Of a stretch of DNA of 64,000 nucleotides, positions 26,625 through 36,722 are shown in pieces. The translations under genes and the position numbers were made by a program. Source of the DNA: an uncultured Campylobacterales bacterium. GTDB lineage: Bacteria; Campylobacterota; Campylobacteria; Campylobacterales; QNZT01. The notes beneath the pieces were generated by a model, which was not told the DNA's origin, ran no database searches, and saw only the letters and a program-made list of their open reading frames with translations. The stretch's first letter is position 1. Every line of letters starts with the position of its first letter. The stretch covers positions 21,025 through 85,024 of the forward strand of contig CAZLLE010000103.1 of NCBI GenBank assembly GCA_964560425.1, read 5' to 3'.

Positions 26625-27635
26625 CTATATTGCTCCTGCTATTGTTATTTCTCTGTTGTAGACTTCTTTTTTTATTATTAACTCTCTATATTTTGATACC
26701 AAAATGGCAGATGGTTCTGCCACTCCTTTTAATCCAAAAAACTTTTTGGCTTGTGAATGGCTAAAATTTTCTTCTAATTTATTGATTTGATCTTTTTCAA
26801 AAAATTGAATATCAAAGTTATATTTTGAGGCAAACTCTAATAACCCCTTTTCATCTTTTTTGGCTTCAAATGAACCGATATTTTTGATTTGATTAAACTC
26901 CAAATTATACTTTTCCAAAAACCACTTTACACCCTCTTCTATCACCCTTGCACTTACTCCACGATTACACCCTATTCCCAAAAACAGATCTGGTTTTATA
27001 TGTAGATGAGAAGATTTAAAAGGTGTTATATTTACACAAAGTCCTTCATGAGGCTTATCTACCAATTTTATATTTTTGTACTCTTTAATCTTCTCAAATA
27101 TTGATGGATATGTCCAAACTTTTACCTCTTTTTTATTGATTAGGGCATTTGATATTGGGGCTAAGTGTTTGATATTTTCTATTTTCAGATTTTCCTCTTT
27201 GGCAAATAGATCAAAAGCTAGAGAGGATGTTTGATCTGTAGCAGTAGTAAGAAAATTGATACAGTTTGGAATATTAAGACTCAAATACTCCGCTAGTTCA
27301 TTTGCACCACCAAGATGCCCACTCAAAAGAGGTAAAACCCTAGTAAGATCAAGATTGATAATCAATACTGCTGGATCAGTTGTTTTATCTTTTAAAAGTG
27401 GTGCAATTTTTCGCACAACTGCCCCAGTTGCTAATATAAATATGATAGCATCAAATTTGCTCCAAGCAGGAGCTAAAATATCATCTAATTTATTAAAAGT
27501 CTTTAGATTCTCTCCATCATATTTTAATCCACTTTTAGAAAAAATAGCAACTTCATAGTTACCCAAATACTCACACAATTTTGAGGCACTATCTAAGCTT
27601 GGCTGATTAATCGTAACTATTGCTATACTACTCAT
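26625..27635 (-). CDS. cbiG: Cobalt-precorrin-5A hydrolase
   Basis: ATGAVVRKIAP, KTTDPAVL, LLSGHLGGANELA, TTATD, GIGCNRG, GVAEPSA. Confidence 0.92.
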   Translation of the reverse strand: MSSIAIVTINQPSLDSASKLCEYLGNYEVAIFSKSGLKYDGENLKTFNKLDDILAPAWSKFDAIIFILATGAVVRKIAPLLKDKTTDPAVLIINLDLTRVLPLLSGHLGGANELAEYLSLNIPNCINFLTTATDQTSSLAFDLFAKEENLKIENIKHLAPISNALINKKEVKVWTYPSIFEKIKEYKNIKLVDKPHEGLCVNITPFKSSHLHIKPDLFLGIGCNRGVSARVIEEGVKWFLEKYNLEFNQIKNIGSFEAKKDEKGLLEFASKYNFDIQFFEKDQINKLEENFSHSQAKKFFGLKGVAEPSAILVSKYRELIIKKEVYNREITIAGAI

Positions 27636-28348
27636 GAACTCTTCCTATATAGATGAGACTCTTCACTCTCTTTTTGGTGCAAAAACTCACCAAATAGAAT
27701 CAATGCAATACCTTTAATATGTGAAACTTGATCTTTTATATTATCAATAGTACCTCTATATATTTTTTCATCTTCCCATGTTGCTTTCTCCACTACCCAA
27801 CATGGGGTATCTTTAGAGTATCCCATATCTAGGGCTTTATCTTTTAGTTTATCAAGTAGAGTGATAGATAGATAAAATACAAGTGAAGAGTTTTTGCATG
27901 AGAGGATATTTTCTAGACTTTCAGGATTTGGGGTTCGCCCCTCTATTCGTGAGAGAATCAATGTTTGTGAAACTCCCGGTATTGTGTACTCTATTCCAAG
28001 AGATGAGGCACTTCCAAATGCGGCACTAACTCCCGGTATTACTTTGTACTCTATGTTCTCTTTTTTCAAAAACTCAATCTGTTTTGCAATAGTTGAAAAA
28101 ATTGATGGGTCGCCTGTATGAACTCTTGCAAATTTTTTGTCTCGATATTTTTTGAGAAATGCAAATATTTCATCATAATTCATTCCTTGAGAATCCTCAA
28201 TCAAAGCATCCTCTTTGCACCATGAAAGAACCTCACGAGGCACAAGAGAACCCGTATAAAGGACTATATCTGCATCTTGCAAAATCTTTTGAGCTTTGAT
28301 TGTCACCAATTCAGGATCACCTGAACCCGCCCCTATAAAATAGATCAT
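27632..28348 (-). CDS. cbiF: Precorrin-4 C11-methyltransferase
   Basis: FIGAGSGDPELVT, LYTGSLV, ARVHTGDPSIF, YTIPGVSQTLIL. Confidence 0.93.
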   Translation of the reverse strand: MIYFIGAGSGDPELVTIKAQKILQDADIVLYTGSLVPREVLSWCKEDALIEDSQGMNYDEIFAFLKKYRDKKFARVHTGDPSIFSTIAKQIEFLKKENIEYKVIPGVSAAFGSASSLGIEYTIPGVSQTLILSRIEGRTPNPESLENILSCKNSSLVFYLSITLLDKLKDKALDMGYSKDTPCWVVEKATWEDEKIYRGTIDNIKDQVSHIKGIALILFGEFLHQKESEESHLYRKSS

Positions 28349-29496
28349 TTTGTTACCTTTATTTGGAATAGTTGTCTCTCTGGTTCTACTAAATCAAGTT
28401 TGCCTTTGTATGTAGTTAGAGAGATAGAGTGAACTTCATATTTGATACTATTAGAGTTTAAAATTTCGATCATTTTAGATAGATGAGAGAGTGTAATAGC
28501 ATTTATAAGCATTACTCCACTCTCTTTTAATCTCTCATATAAATATGGTAATTTCTCAATCACCTTCACACCTCCACCACCAACAAATATTCGTTCGGGA
28601 TCATCACTAAGAGTCTCAAAAAGATTTTGTGCCTCTCCTATCAATAATTTGGTATTTAAAACATGATGATTATGTAAATTTTTGAGTATAAAATCAGATC
28701 TAAGAGGATTTTTTTCAAAAAAAACAGTAGAGACTCGATATCTTTTAAAAGCCTCAATCCCACAGCTTCCACTCCCTGCTCCAATATCCCAAAGTAGTTG
28801 ATTTGGCAAAAGATCAAGATTTTGTAAAGATAGGTGTCGTTTATATTTTTTGGTAATCATTCCCCTCTGTGTCTCAAACTCTAAATCATCACAAATTGGG
28901 CTTTTATGTTCATACTCTCTATCTATCAAAAGAACATAAGGAAAAGTTAAATCAAATGAGAAATCATCAAAAATATCAATCTCTTTTATCTCTTCATCTT
29001 CATAACCTAGTTTATATCCTATTGTGATTTTGATCTGATCTTTGACAAAAGAGAGAGCCTCTTTTAATCTATCTATAGTTTTATCATCACATAGAATAAA
29101 TGTATATTTTTGAACCAACAAAACTTCTAAATCTACAAGAGTCCTACCATGAAGTGAAAAAACTCCACATGACTGCTCAGATATAAAAAGTTTTTTTAGA
29201 AGATATTTTTTAGAAGATTCATTGTCAATAATTTTGACACTATTTTTGGGTAGTTTATTGGCTATCAAAATACCAGCCGAATAAAACAGAGGTGAACCAC
29301 TCACCACATATAATATATTTTCATCATCAAAATGATCCAAAATATACTCTTTAGCATCTTTGAAACCAAGCTTCAAAACATTGCTACCGCTATCAATAAA
29401 ATTTTTGTCACAGACAATCTTATCAAATTCACAAAAACTTATATCAAGATTGGAGAAGTCATACTTCCCCATCCCATTGCCTATAATAGTAACCAT
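28345..29496 (-). CDS. cbiET: Bifunctional CbiE/CbiT precorrin-6Y methyltransferase/decarboxylase (CobL-like)
   Basis: SGSPLFYSAG, SLHGR, MITKKYKR, LWDIGAGSGSCGIE, IFVGGGG. Confidence 0.85.
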   Translation of the reverse strand: MVTIIGNGMGKYDFSNLDISFCEFDKIVCDKNFIDSGSNVLKLGFKDAKEYILDHFDDENILYVVSGSPLFYSAGILIANKLPKNSVKIIDNESSKKYLLKKLFISEQSCGVFSLHGRTLVDLEVLLVQKYTFILCDDKTIDRLKEALSFVKDQIKITIGYKLGYEDEEIKEIDIFDDFSFDLTFPYVLLIDREYEHKSPICDDLEFETQRGMITKKYKRHLSLQNLDLLPNQLLWDIGAGSGSCGIEAFKRYRVSTVFFEKNPLRSDFILKNLHNHHVLNTKLLIGEAQNLFETLSDDPERIFVGGGGVKVIEKLPYLYERLKESGVMLINAITLSHLSKMIEILNSNSIKYEVHSISLTTYKGKLDLVEPERQLFQIKVTK

Positions 29497-29500
29497 TTTT

Positions 29501-29532
29501 TTTCCCTCCCTTATACTAAATAGGAGGGGAAA
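29501..29532 (-). promoter_or_regulatory. GC-rich hairpin sequestering the cbiET ribosome-binding site
   Basis: Minus-strand RNA UUUCCC-C-UCCU...GGGAGGGAAA pairs the SD just upstream of the AUG at 29496. Confidence 0.45.
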
Positions 29533-29543
29533 TATTACTTAAT

Positions 29544-30482
29544 TTAATCTTTTGGTAAAATATGTTCCAAAATATAATCGGCTACTTTATTTAATCCATA
29601 CTCTGAAAAATGAATAGGGTCTCTATGATCTGGTTCTTTCTTTGTAGGTTCTAATCTATACCAATCTTCAAAAGCAATAGAAGTACTATTCTCATCTTGA
29701 ACTCTTGGAGGCATAATATTATCTACATAATCAATAAATGGAAGCTCTAACTCTGCCGATACCTCTTTATAAACTTGAGCATAAATTTCTGATCCTTCAG
29801 TCCAATCAAGCAAAGGACTAGGAGAGGTTAAAACAAAATTAATATCGGGCTTAGATGCCTGTATCAATTCTATTGCTTGTAACAATCTATCTTTGATTAT
29901 GCCAACAGCATCTGCCATATCATCTTTCGTATGAATATTCAAATCCCAAAGATCATTGATACCTAAAGCCATATCTACGATAGTAGTTGCACCACTACCA
30001 GGTGTAGCTAAAATTACATCTCTATATGTTGGTTTTCTGACTTTTCCATTTTCTAATTTTAGCTCCAAAAAATGAGATAACTCTTGAGAACCTCTAGCTT
30101 TTAATATAGAGTTAACCTTATAAGTATCCAAAGTAGCTTTAACTCTCTCAAACATTTTATGAGCTTGATCCTCTTCAGATTTGGCTCTTGTACTATCACC
30201 AACACAAATATAGGTTACATCACTAAGTAATCCATCCCTAGATTTTTTAATCAAATCTTGAATTTTTGCAAATCCCGTAAGCTCAACAATAGTTTTTTCT
30301 TCATTTTGAACTGATTTATTATCATCCAAAATAAGTTTTCTCTCGCTATCATTTGTATCACTAACAACTGCTGTACTACTATTTGAATCATTAATAATTG
30401 GTTCATTACTACTAGAACCACCGCAACCTATAAATAAAAACATTAAAAAGAGTAAAAGTACCATTCTTTTCATAACAACCAA
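29544..30482 (-). CDS. Lipoprotein with SGNH/GDSL hydrolase domain
   Basis: Lipobox FIGC followed by a Ser-rich linker; CVGDST, GINDL, DPIHF (catalytic S, N, D-x-x-H). Confidence 0.8.
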   Translation of the reverse strand: MVVMKRMVLLLFLMFLFIGCGGSSSNEPIINDSNSSTAVVSDTNDSERKLILDDNKSVQNEEKTIVELTGFAKIQDLIKKSRDGLLSDVTYICVGDSTRAKSEEDQAHKMFERVKATLDTYKVNSILKARGSQELSHFLELKLENGKVRKPTYRDVILATPGSGATTIVDMALGINDLWDLNIHTKDDMADAVGIIKDRLLQAIELIQASKPDINFVLTSPSPLLDWTEGSEIYAQVYKEVSAELELPFIDYVDNIMPPRVQDENSTSIAFEDWYRLEPTKKEPDHRDPIHFSEYGLNKVADYILEHILPKD

Positions 30483-30728
30483 ACCTTTTTTAGAAAATTT
30501 CTAGTGAAGTATAATATAAGACATTTGTTACTTAAATGTTAGCAGAAATGCTATATTAGAAATCGATTATACTACTTTTTCTTAAGCTTATCAAGAGTTT
30601 TTATGATTTTTATAAAAAAAACAACACAAATAAAAACTACTTTTATAATTTCACATTTACTTTTTATTATATTAAGTTAAATATATTTAATTTTTAGCTA
30701 GAATTCTCAACTATTTTTAATAAAGGAG

Positions 30729-32072
30729 ATGCAAATGACTCAACAATTAGTCTTTGATACTCCTATGTTGGTTTCAGCCATTATTATGACTTTTACCTTC
30801 ATAGGTATTTTTACAGAAGGTTTACATGGATTTCATCGCACTAAGTTTGCTATGCTTGGTGCATTATCAATGATTTTAGCAGGACAATATTTCGGTTTTT
30901 ATTCGCCTGAACTCGCACTTGAGGCGATCGACTGGAATGTTGTACTACTTTTAGGTGCTATGATGACAATCGTAGCTATTATGATTCCTACTGGAGGATT
31001 TGAGGTAATAGCCTACAAAGTTGCACAACTTAGCAAAGGAAAGCTATTTATACTTATGCTCTTAATGGGTACAGCTGTCACAGTAATATCACTACTACTA
31101 GATAATGTAACAACTGTTGTCATTTTTGGACCATTAGTGGTTTTAATCGCACAAGCTCTAAAAGTAAGCCCTATTCCATATCTTTTGGCAATAGCTCTAC
31201 TCTCTGATACTGGTGGTGTAGCAACACTTGTAGGTGATCCTCCAAATCTTATGATTGGTTCTGCTGCAAATATTGATTTTAATACTTTTTTATTACATAT
31301 GGGAAGTATTGTATTTTTAGCTTGGTTAACAGTCATTTTGACACTCAAATTTTTATTCAAAAAAGAGTTAAGTGTTATACCATTCAAACCAGATTTTTCA
31401 AAAATAGCAAAAATAAAAGATACCAAAACTTGGAATGCTGCTTTGAGTGTACTTGGGATGATGGTTATACTATTTATTTTTCATCACCATTTTGGTTGGG
31501 ATGCATGGGTAGTTGCTGCTATTGGATTTACTGTTCTTCTCTTTCTTGCACCAAAAATTGAACTTGATGGAGCATTTGAGAGTGTTGAGATAACACTTTT
31601 GACTTTTTTTATCGCTCTGTTTGTTCTTGTAGGAGGAGTTCACAATAGCCATTTTCTTGAATATCTAGGAACATTAATCTTACCATTTGTAGAGAAAGAT
31701 CTACTAATGGCTTCTCTTATTTTGATGTGGGCAGCTGCAATCTTATCCGCAATGATTGACAATATCCCTTTTACAGCTGCTATGATTCCTGTCATACTAG
31801 GACTAGAAGCACAAGGCATCAATATCACACCTCTTTGGTGGGCTCTTGCCATTGGTGTTGGAATGGGTGGAAATGGTTCACATCTAGGATCAACTGCAAA
31901 TGTATATATTGTAACACTTTCTGAAAGAGTAGCAAAAGAGAGAAATGACCCATCTTTGGCAATTACTCCAGGTCTTTGGTTTAAAAAAGGAACACCTGCG
32001 ATGATTGCAACATTGGTTATATCATCTGTAACTATGTGGATATTTTTTGATTTTTTTGCAAAACCAATATAA
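30729..32072 (+). CDS. ArsB/NhaD (ion transporter superfamily) permease
   Basis: LLLDNVTTV, GGVATLVGDPPNLMI, SAMIDNIPF, GMGGNGSHLGSTAN. Confidence 0.85.
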   Translation: MQMTQQLVFDTPMLVSAIIMTFTFIGIFTEGLHGFHRTKFAMLGALSMILAGQYFGFYSPELALEAIDWNVVLLLGAMMTIVAIMIPTGGFEVIAYKVAQLSKGKLFILMLLMGTAVTVISLLLDNVTTVVIFGPLVVLIAQALKVSPIPYLLAIALLSDTGGVATLVGDPPNLMIGSAANIDFNTFLLHMGSIVFLAWLTVILTLKFLFKKELSVIPFKPDFSKIAKIKDTKTWNAALSVLGMMVILFIFHHHFGWDAWVVAAIGFTVLLFLAPKIELDGAFESVEITLLTFFIALFVLVGGVHNSHFLEYLGTLILPFVEKDLLMASLILMWAAAILSAMIDNIPFTAAMIPVILGLEAQGINITPLWWALAIGVGMGGNGSHLGSTANVYIVTLSERVAKERNDPSLAITPGLWFKKGTPAMIATLVISSVTMWIFFDFFAKPI

Positions 32073-32075
32073 AGA

Positions 32076-32105
32076 AGAGAGTCAATCTTTCAAGATTGAC
32101 TCTCT
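32076..32105. terminator. Perfect 14-bp hairpin between convergent genes
   Basis: AGAGAGTCAATCTT-TC-AAGATTGACTCTCT. Confidence 0.7.
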
Positions 32106-34039
32106 ATCATCTCTACTTTCTCTTCAATCTCCAAAAATCGCTCAACCAACTGTTCATACTCCTCTTCCATTTTGATTAGCTCTTGACTAAGAGTATTCAA
32201 CCCCTTTTCATTATAACAATCTGGATTTTGCAAACAATCATTTAGAGACTCTATCTTATCTTCAAACTCTTCTATTTTAATAGGTAAACTCTCATACTCC
32301 ATCTTCTCTTTATATGAGAGTTTAATAGCTCTATTTGTAGTTCTAGCAACACTCTCTTTTGAACTCTCTTCTTTTAGACTTTTTTCAAAAGTATCTATAT
32401 TTCCCAACTCTTTTTCTATACTCAAATAGTCACTATAGCTTTGATAACTCTCCTCTATAACTCCATCACCCTTGAAAATAAGAAGTTTTTGAGCAATCTT
32501 ATCCACAAAATAACGATCATGACTCACAAATATCAATGCACCCTCAAAACTTTGAAGATACTCTTCTAATATATTTATCGTACTAATATCAAGATCATTA
32601 GTAGGCTCATCCAAAATAAGACAATCATACTCTTTGGTAAACAAAAGAGCCAAAGCTACTCTATTTCTCTCTCCACCACTAAGTAAGCCTATCTTTTTTT
32701 CTAAATCCTCTTTTGGGAAAAGAAAGTTTTTGAGATATCCATATACATGGAGATCTCTTCCTTTTACCATTACTCTATCCCCACCATTTGGACAGAAAGT
32801 TTCTAATAAATTATCTTCATCATTGAGCATTCCACGATGTTGATCAAAATATCCTACAGCAAATTCACCCTTTTGTATTTTTCCACTATCTACTTCCATT
32901 TGACCCAACAAAAGTTTTAAAAGGGTTGATTTTCCACTTCCATTTTTACCAACTATCGCCATACTATCTTTTTGTAAAATTCGCATTGAAAAGTTTTTGA
33001 TTAAGAGTTTATTTCCTAAACTTTTATCTATATGTTCAATATCAAAAAGCATTTTTTTACGATTTTTACTCTCGCTTTGGTTAAAACTTTTCTGCTCTCG
33101 TTCAAGCTCTATTTTCATCTTATTTATCACAGAAGGATCATGTTTAGCTTTTTCTCGCATCTGCATGACTCTCTCTTTACGACCTTCATTTCGTTTGAGT
33201 CTAGCTCTTACTCCTCGATGGAGCCACTCCTCTTCTACTTTTAGAAGTTTCAAAAATGTCTCATGAGATTTTTGCATAGATTTTAAAATCTCCTCTTTCT
33301 GAGAGATATAATCACTATATCCACCCTTAAAGTATCTAATCTTTCCATCTTCTATCTCTATACTTCTAGTAGCAATATTATCCAAAAAATATCTATCATG
33401 AGAAATAAAGAGTAGAGTAAATTTTTCACGAAGTAAAATCTCCTCCAAAAACTCAACCATATAAACATCAAGATGATTGGTAGGCTCATCAAGAAGTAAA
33501 ATATCAGGTTTTTTCAAAAGCAACCCAGCCAAAGCCACACGCCGTTGCTCTCCTCCACTCAGAAGATTTACGGGACGATTTTCAAACTCTTTAAGATGAA
33601 ACTCTTGTATAACTCTCTCTACCTTATCATCCAAACTCCAAGCATTATGCGTATCCAAAAAAGTTGTCAAATAAGCCTGACGATCTAAAAGCTCCTTATT
33701 ATCATAATCCTCAACAAGTTTGGCACTAATAGAGTCATACTCATCTTTTGCATCTTTTAACTCTTTGAGTTCATTTTCAATTGCATCTTTTACATAAACA
33801 CCATCTTCAAAATGTGGCACTTGATCGAGCATCTCTACTTTTATATTTTGCTGAACAACTCTTCTACCGTCATCAAAATCCAAAGAGCCATCAATAATAC
33901 TCATCAAAGTAGATTTACCACCACCATTTTTGGCAATAATAGCAACACGATCACCTTCATGAATACTAAAGTTTATAGATGAAAGAATCTCTTTAGATTC
34001 GTAAGATTTACTTAATTCTATTAAATCTATTAATGCCAT
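32090..34039 (-). CDS. uup: ABC-F family ATPase (Uup-like)
   Basis: Two ABC cassettes (NGGGKST, LSGGEQ, LDEPTN; GKNGSGKST, LSGGER, LDEPTN), RARLKRN, C-terminal KLSYKE coiled coil. Confidence 0.88.
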   Translation of the reverse strand: MALIDLIELSKSYESKEILSSINFSIHEGDRVAIIAKNGGGKSTLMSIIDGSLDFDDGRRVVQQNIKVEMLDQVPHFEDGVYVKDAIENELKELKDAKDEYDSISAKLVEDYDNKELLDRQAYLTTFLDTHNAWSLDDKVERVIQEFHLKEFENRPVNLLSGGEQRRVALAGLLLKKPDILLLDEPTNHLDVYMVEFLEEILLREKFTLLFISHDRYFLDNIATRSIEIEDGKIRYFKGGYSDYISQKEEILKSMQKSHETFLKLLKVEEEWLHRGVRARLKRNEGRKERVMQMREKAKHDPSVINKMKIELEREQKSFNQSESKNRKKMLFDIEHIDKSLGNKLLIKNFSMRILQKDSMAIVGKNGSGKSTLLKLLLGQMEVDSGKIQKGEFAVGYFDQHRGMLNDEDNLLETFCPNGGDRVMVKGRDLHVYGYLKNFLFPKEDLEKKIGLLSGGERNRVALALLFTKEYDCLILDEPTNDLDISTINILEEYLQSFEGALIFVSHDRYFVDKIAQKLLIFKGDGVIEESYQSYSDYLSIEKELGNIDTFEKSLKEESSKESVARTTNRAIKLSYKEKMEYESLPIKIEEFEDKIESLNDCLQNPDCYNEKGLNTLSQELIKMEEEYEQLVERFLEIEEKVEMIESQS

Positions 34040-34536
34040 TAAATAAGATGCTTTTTAGGATATTCAAAAAAGAGTGGCTCCCCACTATTATAATTCACAT
34101 CTTTCCAAGAGGATAGATCAAACTTGATAGCAAAAACTCCCATAGTTGGTAAATTATCTAATCTTCCACTTCCTGAGAGGACATTTATCACATCTGTTAG
34201 AGCAGGATTATGCCCCACAACTGCCAAAGATTCTACCTCATCACTCACAGAGTTTATAATATCAATAATATTTTGGGTTGAAGATTCATAAATAGTCTCA
34301 TTAAAAACAATAGAATCTTTATCATAACCGATCTCTTGGGCAATTAATAAAGCAGTTGTTTTTGCCCTTTTAGCAGGACTTGAAATTATTAAATCTGGTT
34401 TTACACCTTTGTTAAAGAGTACATGTCCCATCATGGGAGCATTACTCTTACCTCTACTATTTAGAGGGCGATTTACATCACCCTCCATACCTTTCCAACT
34501 AGACTTCGCATGTCTTATAATATATAATGTTTTCAT
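34039..34536 (-). CDS. sixA: SixA-type histidine phosphatase
   Basis: RHAKS, RPLNSRG, SSPAKRA, VGHNP. Confidence 0.85.
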   Translation of the reverse strand: MKTLYIIRHAKSSWKGMEGDVNRPLNSRGKSNAPMMGHVLFNKGVKPDLIISSPAKRAKTTALLIAQEIGYDKDSIVFNETIYESSTQNIIDIINSVSDEVESLAVVGHNPALTDVINVLSGSGRLDNLPTMGVFAIKFDLSSWKDVNYNSGEPLFFEYPKKHLI

Positions 34537-34615
34537 ACCCTAATATTAACATACTTTTGATCATAAATATACCTTATATCACAGCCTTAAAAGGCGATGG
34601 TTTACAGTATTGTTG

Positions 34616-35518
34616 CTAAAGTGCTTCGGTCATATTCTCTTCCATGATTGAAATCTCTTTAATACCACTATATAATATATCAGGATCAATTTCTAAAAAC
34701 TGATTATCTATCTTATCGGGATAATCCACACTTGATAAAATATGTTTGATACAATTAATACGAGCCTTTTTCTTATTATCAGACCTAATCACAGTCCATG
34801 GAGCATGTGGAGTATTTGAAGAGAACAACATAGAGTATTTAGCTACAGTATAAGCATCCCATTTGGCTTGAGCTAGCTCATCTACTGGCGAAATTTTATA
34901 CTGTTTCAATGGATCTTGTCTTCTTTTATCAAAACGCCGAGCCTGTTCATCTTTACTCACTGAAAAGTAAAATTTTAACAATATAATACCAGAACTAACA
35001 AGCATCTTTTCAAACTCAGGAACTTCTCTAAGAAACTCTTTATGCTCCTCTTGAGTACAAAATTTCATAACAGGTTCAACCCCCGCTCTGTTATACCATG
35101 AACGATCAAACAATACCATCTCACCAGCACTAGGAAGATAATTTGTATATCTTTGAAAATACCACTGTGTCTTCTCTATATCAGAAGGCTTCTCAAGTGC
35201 AACCACTCTTGCACCCCTAGGATTTATATGTTCCATAACTCTTTTTATTGTTCCACCTTTTCCAGCTGCATCACGACCTTCAAAAAGCATCAAAACTCTA
35301 ATACCCTTATCTTTGACATGATTTTGAAATTTAAGCAGTTCAACTTGAAGACGCTTTAACTCTTTTTCATAAGCCAAAGTCTCCTCTTTTACCCAAATCC
35401 GAACCTTTCCTTCCCTATTTTTTTCCCTGACCTCTAACTTACCTTCGCCACTCTTTTGATCTTTCTCCACCGCTTTTACAATAGGAAGACTTTTACCTTT
35501 AATATCTTTTTTTATCAT
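34616..35518 (-). CDS. ppk2: Polyphosphate kinase 2
   Basis: FEGRDAAGKGG, FDRSWYNRAGVE, LLKFYFSVSK. Confidence 0.95.
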   Translation of the reverse strand: MIKKDIKGKSLPIVKAVEKDQKSGEGKLEVREKNREGKVRIWVKEETLAYEKELKRLQVELLKFQNHVKDKGIRVLMLFEGRDAAGKGGTIKRVMEHINPRGARVVALEKPSDIEKTQWYFQRYTNYLPSAGEMVLFDRSWYNRAGVEPVMKFCTQEEHKEFLREVPEFEKMLVSSGIILLKFYFSVSKDEQARRFDKRRQDPLKQYKISPVDELAQAKWDAYTVAKYSMLFSSNTPHAPWTVIRSDNKKKARINCIKHILSSVDYPDKIDNQFLEIDPDILYSGIKEISIMEENMTEAL

Positions 35519-35532
35519 ACAAACCCTTTTAT

Positions 35533-35558
35533 TAGATTTACTTTTGCAAATAAATCTA
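35533..35558. promoter_or_regulatory. Inverted repeat upstream of ppk2 (possible operator)
   Basis: TAGATTTA-N10-TAAATCTA between a minus-strand TATACT (35572-35577) and the ppk2 start. Confidence 0.3.
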
Positions 35559-35738
35559 TTTACCTAATTTTAGTATATTTTTAATAAAATGAATAATAAA
35601 AATTTATTACTTTTTCTCTTTCATTAACTTATAACTCATTCTATAGAGATGTTATATATGCAAAATCTTTAAAAGAATATTAAGGCATAATATCTATATA
35701 TTTTGCTTAAATTAAAAATTTTAAAATGAAAAGTTATT

Positions 35739-36722
35739 ATGAAAAAAATTGTTTTACTATCACTTATATTTTTATTACCTATCTATTCATATGCAGTAGA
35801 TCAAAAAATTTATTTTACACAAAAAAAAGAGGTTAAATTATTTATTACTAAAATGGTAAAAAAATATAATTTTGATAAATCTTATTTAGAATTTTTATTT
35901 TCACATGCCCAACTTCAACCCAAAGCCCTAGAGGCATATACACAACCAATAAGAGCATATAAAACAGATGCTGATTGGGTAAAATATACAACCAAAATTC
36001 TTACAAAAGATAGAGTTGAAGCAGGTAAAGAGTTTTTGAAAAAGTATAAAACTACTCTAAATAGAGCGGAAAAAATATATAAAGTACCAAAAGAGTATAT
36101 AGTTGGAATGATTGCGATAGAGACATATTTTGGACAATTTTTGGGTAAGCTTCTAGTATTAGATTCACTTACAACTCTTGCATTTATAAAGAATAGAAAA
36201 CAGAAATTTTTTAGATATGAACTTGAACAATTTATCATTTTAATACATAAAGAGAACCTCACACCTTTTTCACTAAGAGGCTCAATAGCTGGGGCTATGG
36301 GTTGCTCACAGCAGTTGCCAAGTGTTCATCTTAAATATGGTGTGGATTTTAATAAAGATGGAGTAAAAGATCTATTTGATATGGAAGATTGTATTGGAAC
36401 TTTGGGTAATTTTTTACATCAAAATGGTTTTACAAAAGATCCAATTGTGGCAGTACAAACAAATTTTGAGGGTAAAAACTTTAATAAACTAAAAACAGGA
36501 TATAACAAAATATATAAATTGAAATATCTAAAAAAGAGGGGAATTAATCCCCTCACTAAATTTCCTTATAAAAAAGCTTCTCTTTTAAAATTAAGATATA
36601 AAGATTACCAAGAGATTTGGCTAGGAAATCATAATTTTCAAGCCTTAACTTCATATAATCACAGTACAAACTATGCTATGGCAATTCATAACTTTGCAAA
36701 AATGCTAAAGAGTCCCCTCTAA
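35739..36722 (+). CDS. mltB: MltB-type lytic murein transglycosylase
   Basis: AIETYFG, GSIAGAMGCSQ, DFNKDG EF-hand-like loop, YNHSTNYAMA; N-terminal signal peptide. Confidence 0.88.
   Translation: MKKIVLLSLIFLLPIYSYAVDQKIYFTQKKEVKLFITKMVKKYNFDKSYLEFLFSHAQLQPKALEAYTQPIRAYKTDADWVKYTTKILTKDRVEAGKEFLKKYKTTLNRAEKIYKVPKEYIVGMIAIETYFGQFLGKLLVLDSLTTLAFIKNRKQKFFRYELEQFIILIHKENLTPFSLRGSIAGAMGCSQQLPSVHLKYGVDFNKDGVKDLFDMEDCIGTLGNFLHQNGFTKDPIVAVQTNFEGKNFNKLKTGYNKIYKLKYLKKRGINPLTKFPYKKASLLKLRYKDYQEIWLGNHNFQALTSYNHSTNYAMAIHNFAKMLKSPL

Noticed and set aside
30483-30728. Cobalamin riboswitch or other ncRNA in the largest intergenic gap
   Set aside because: Extremely AT-rich with no B12-box or stable stems visible; also none seen upstream of metH within the window.
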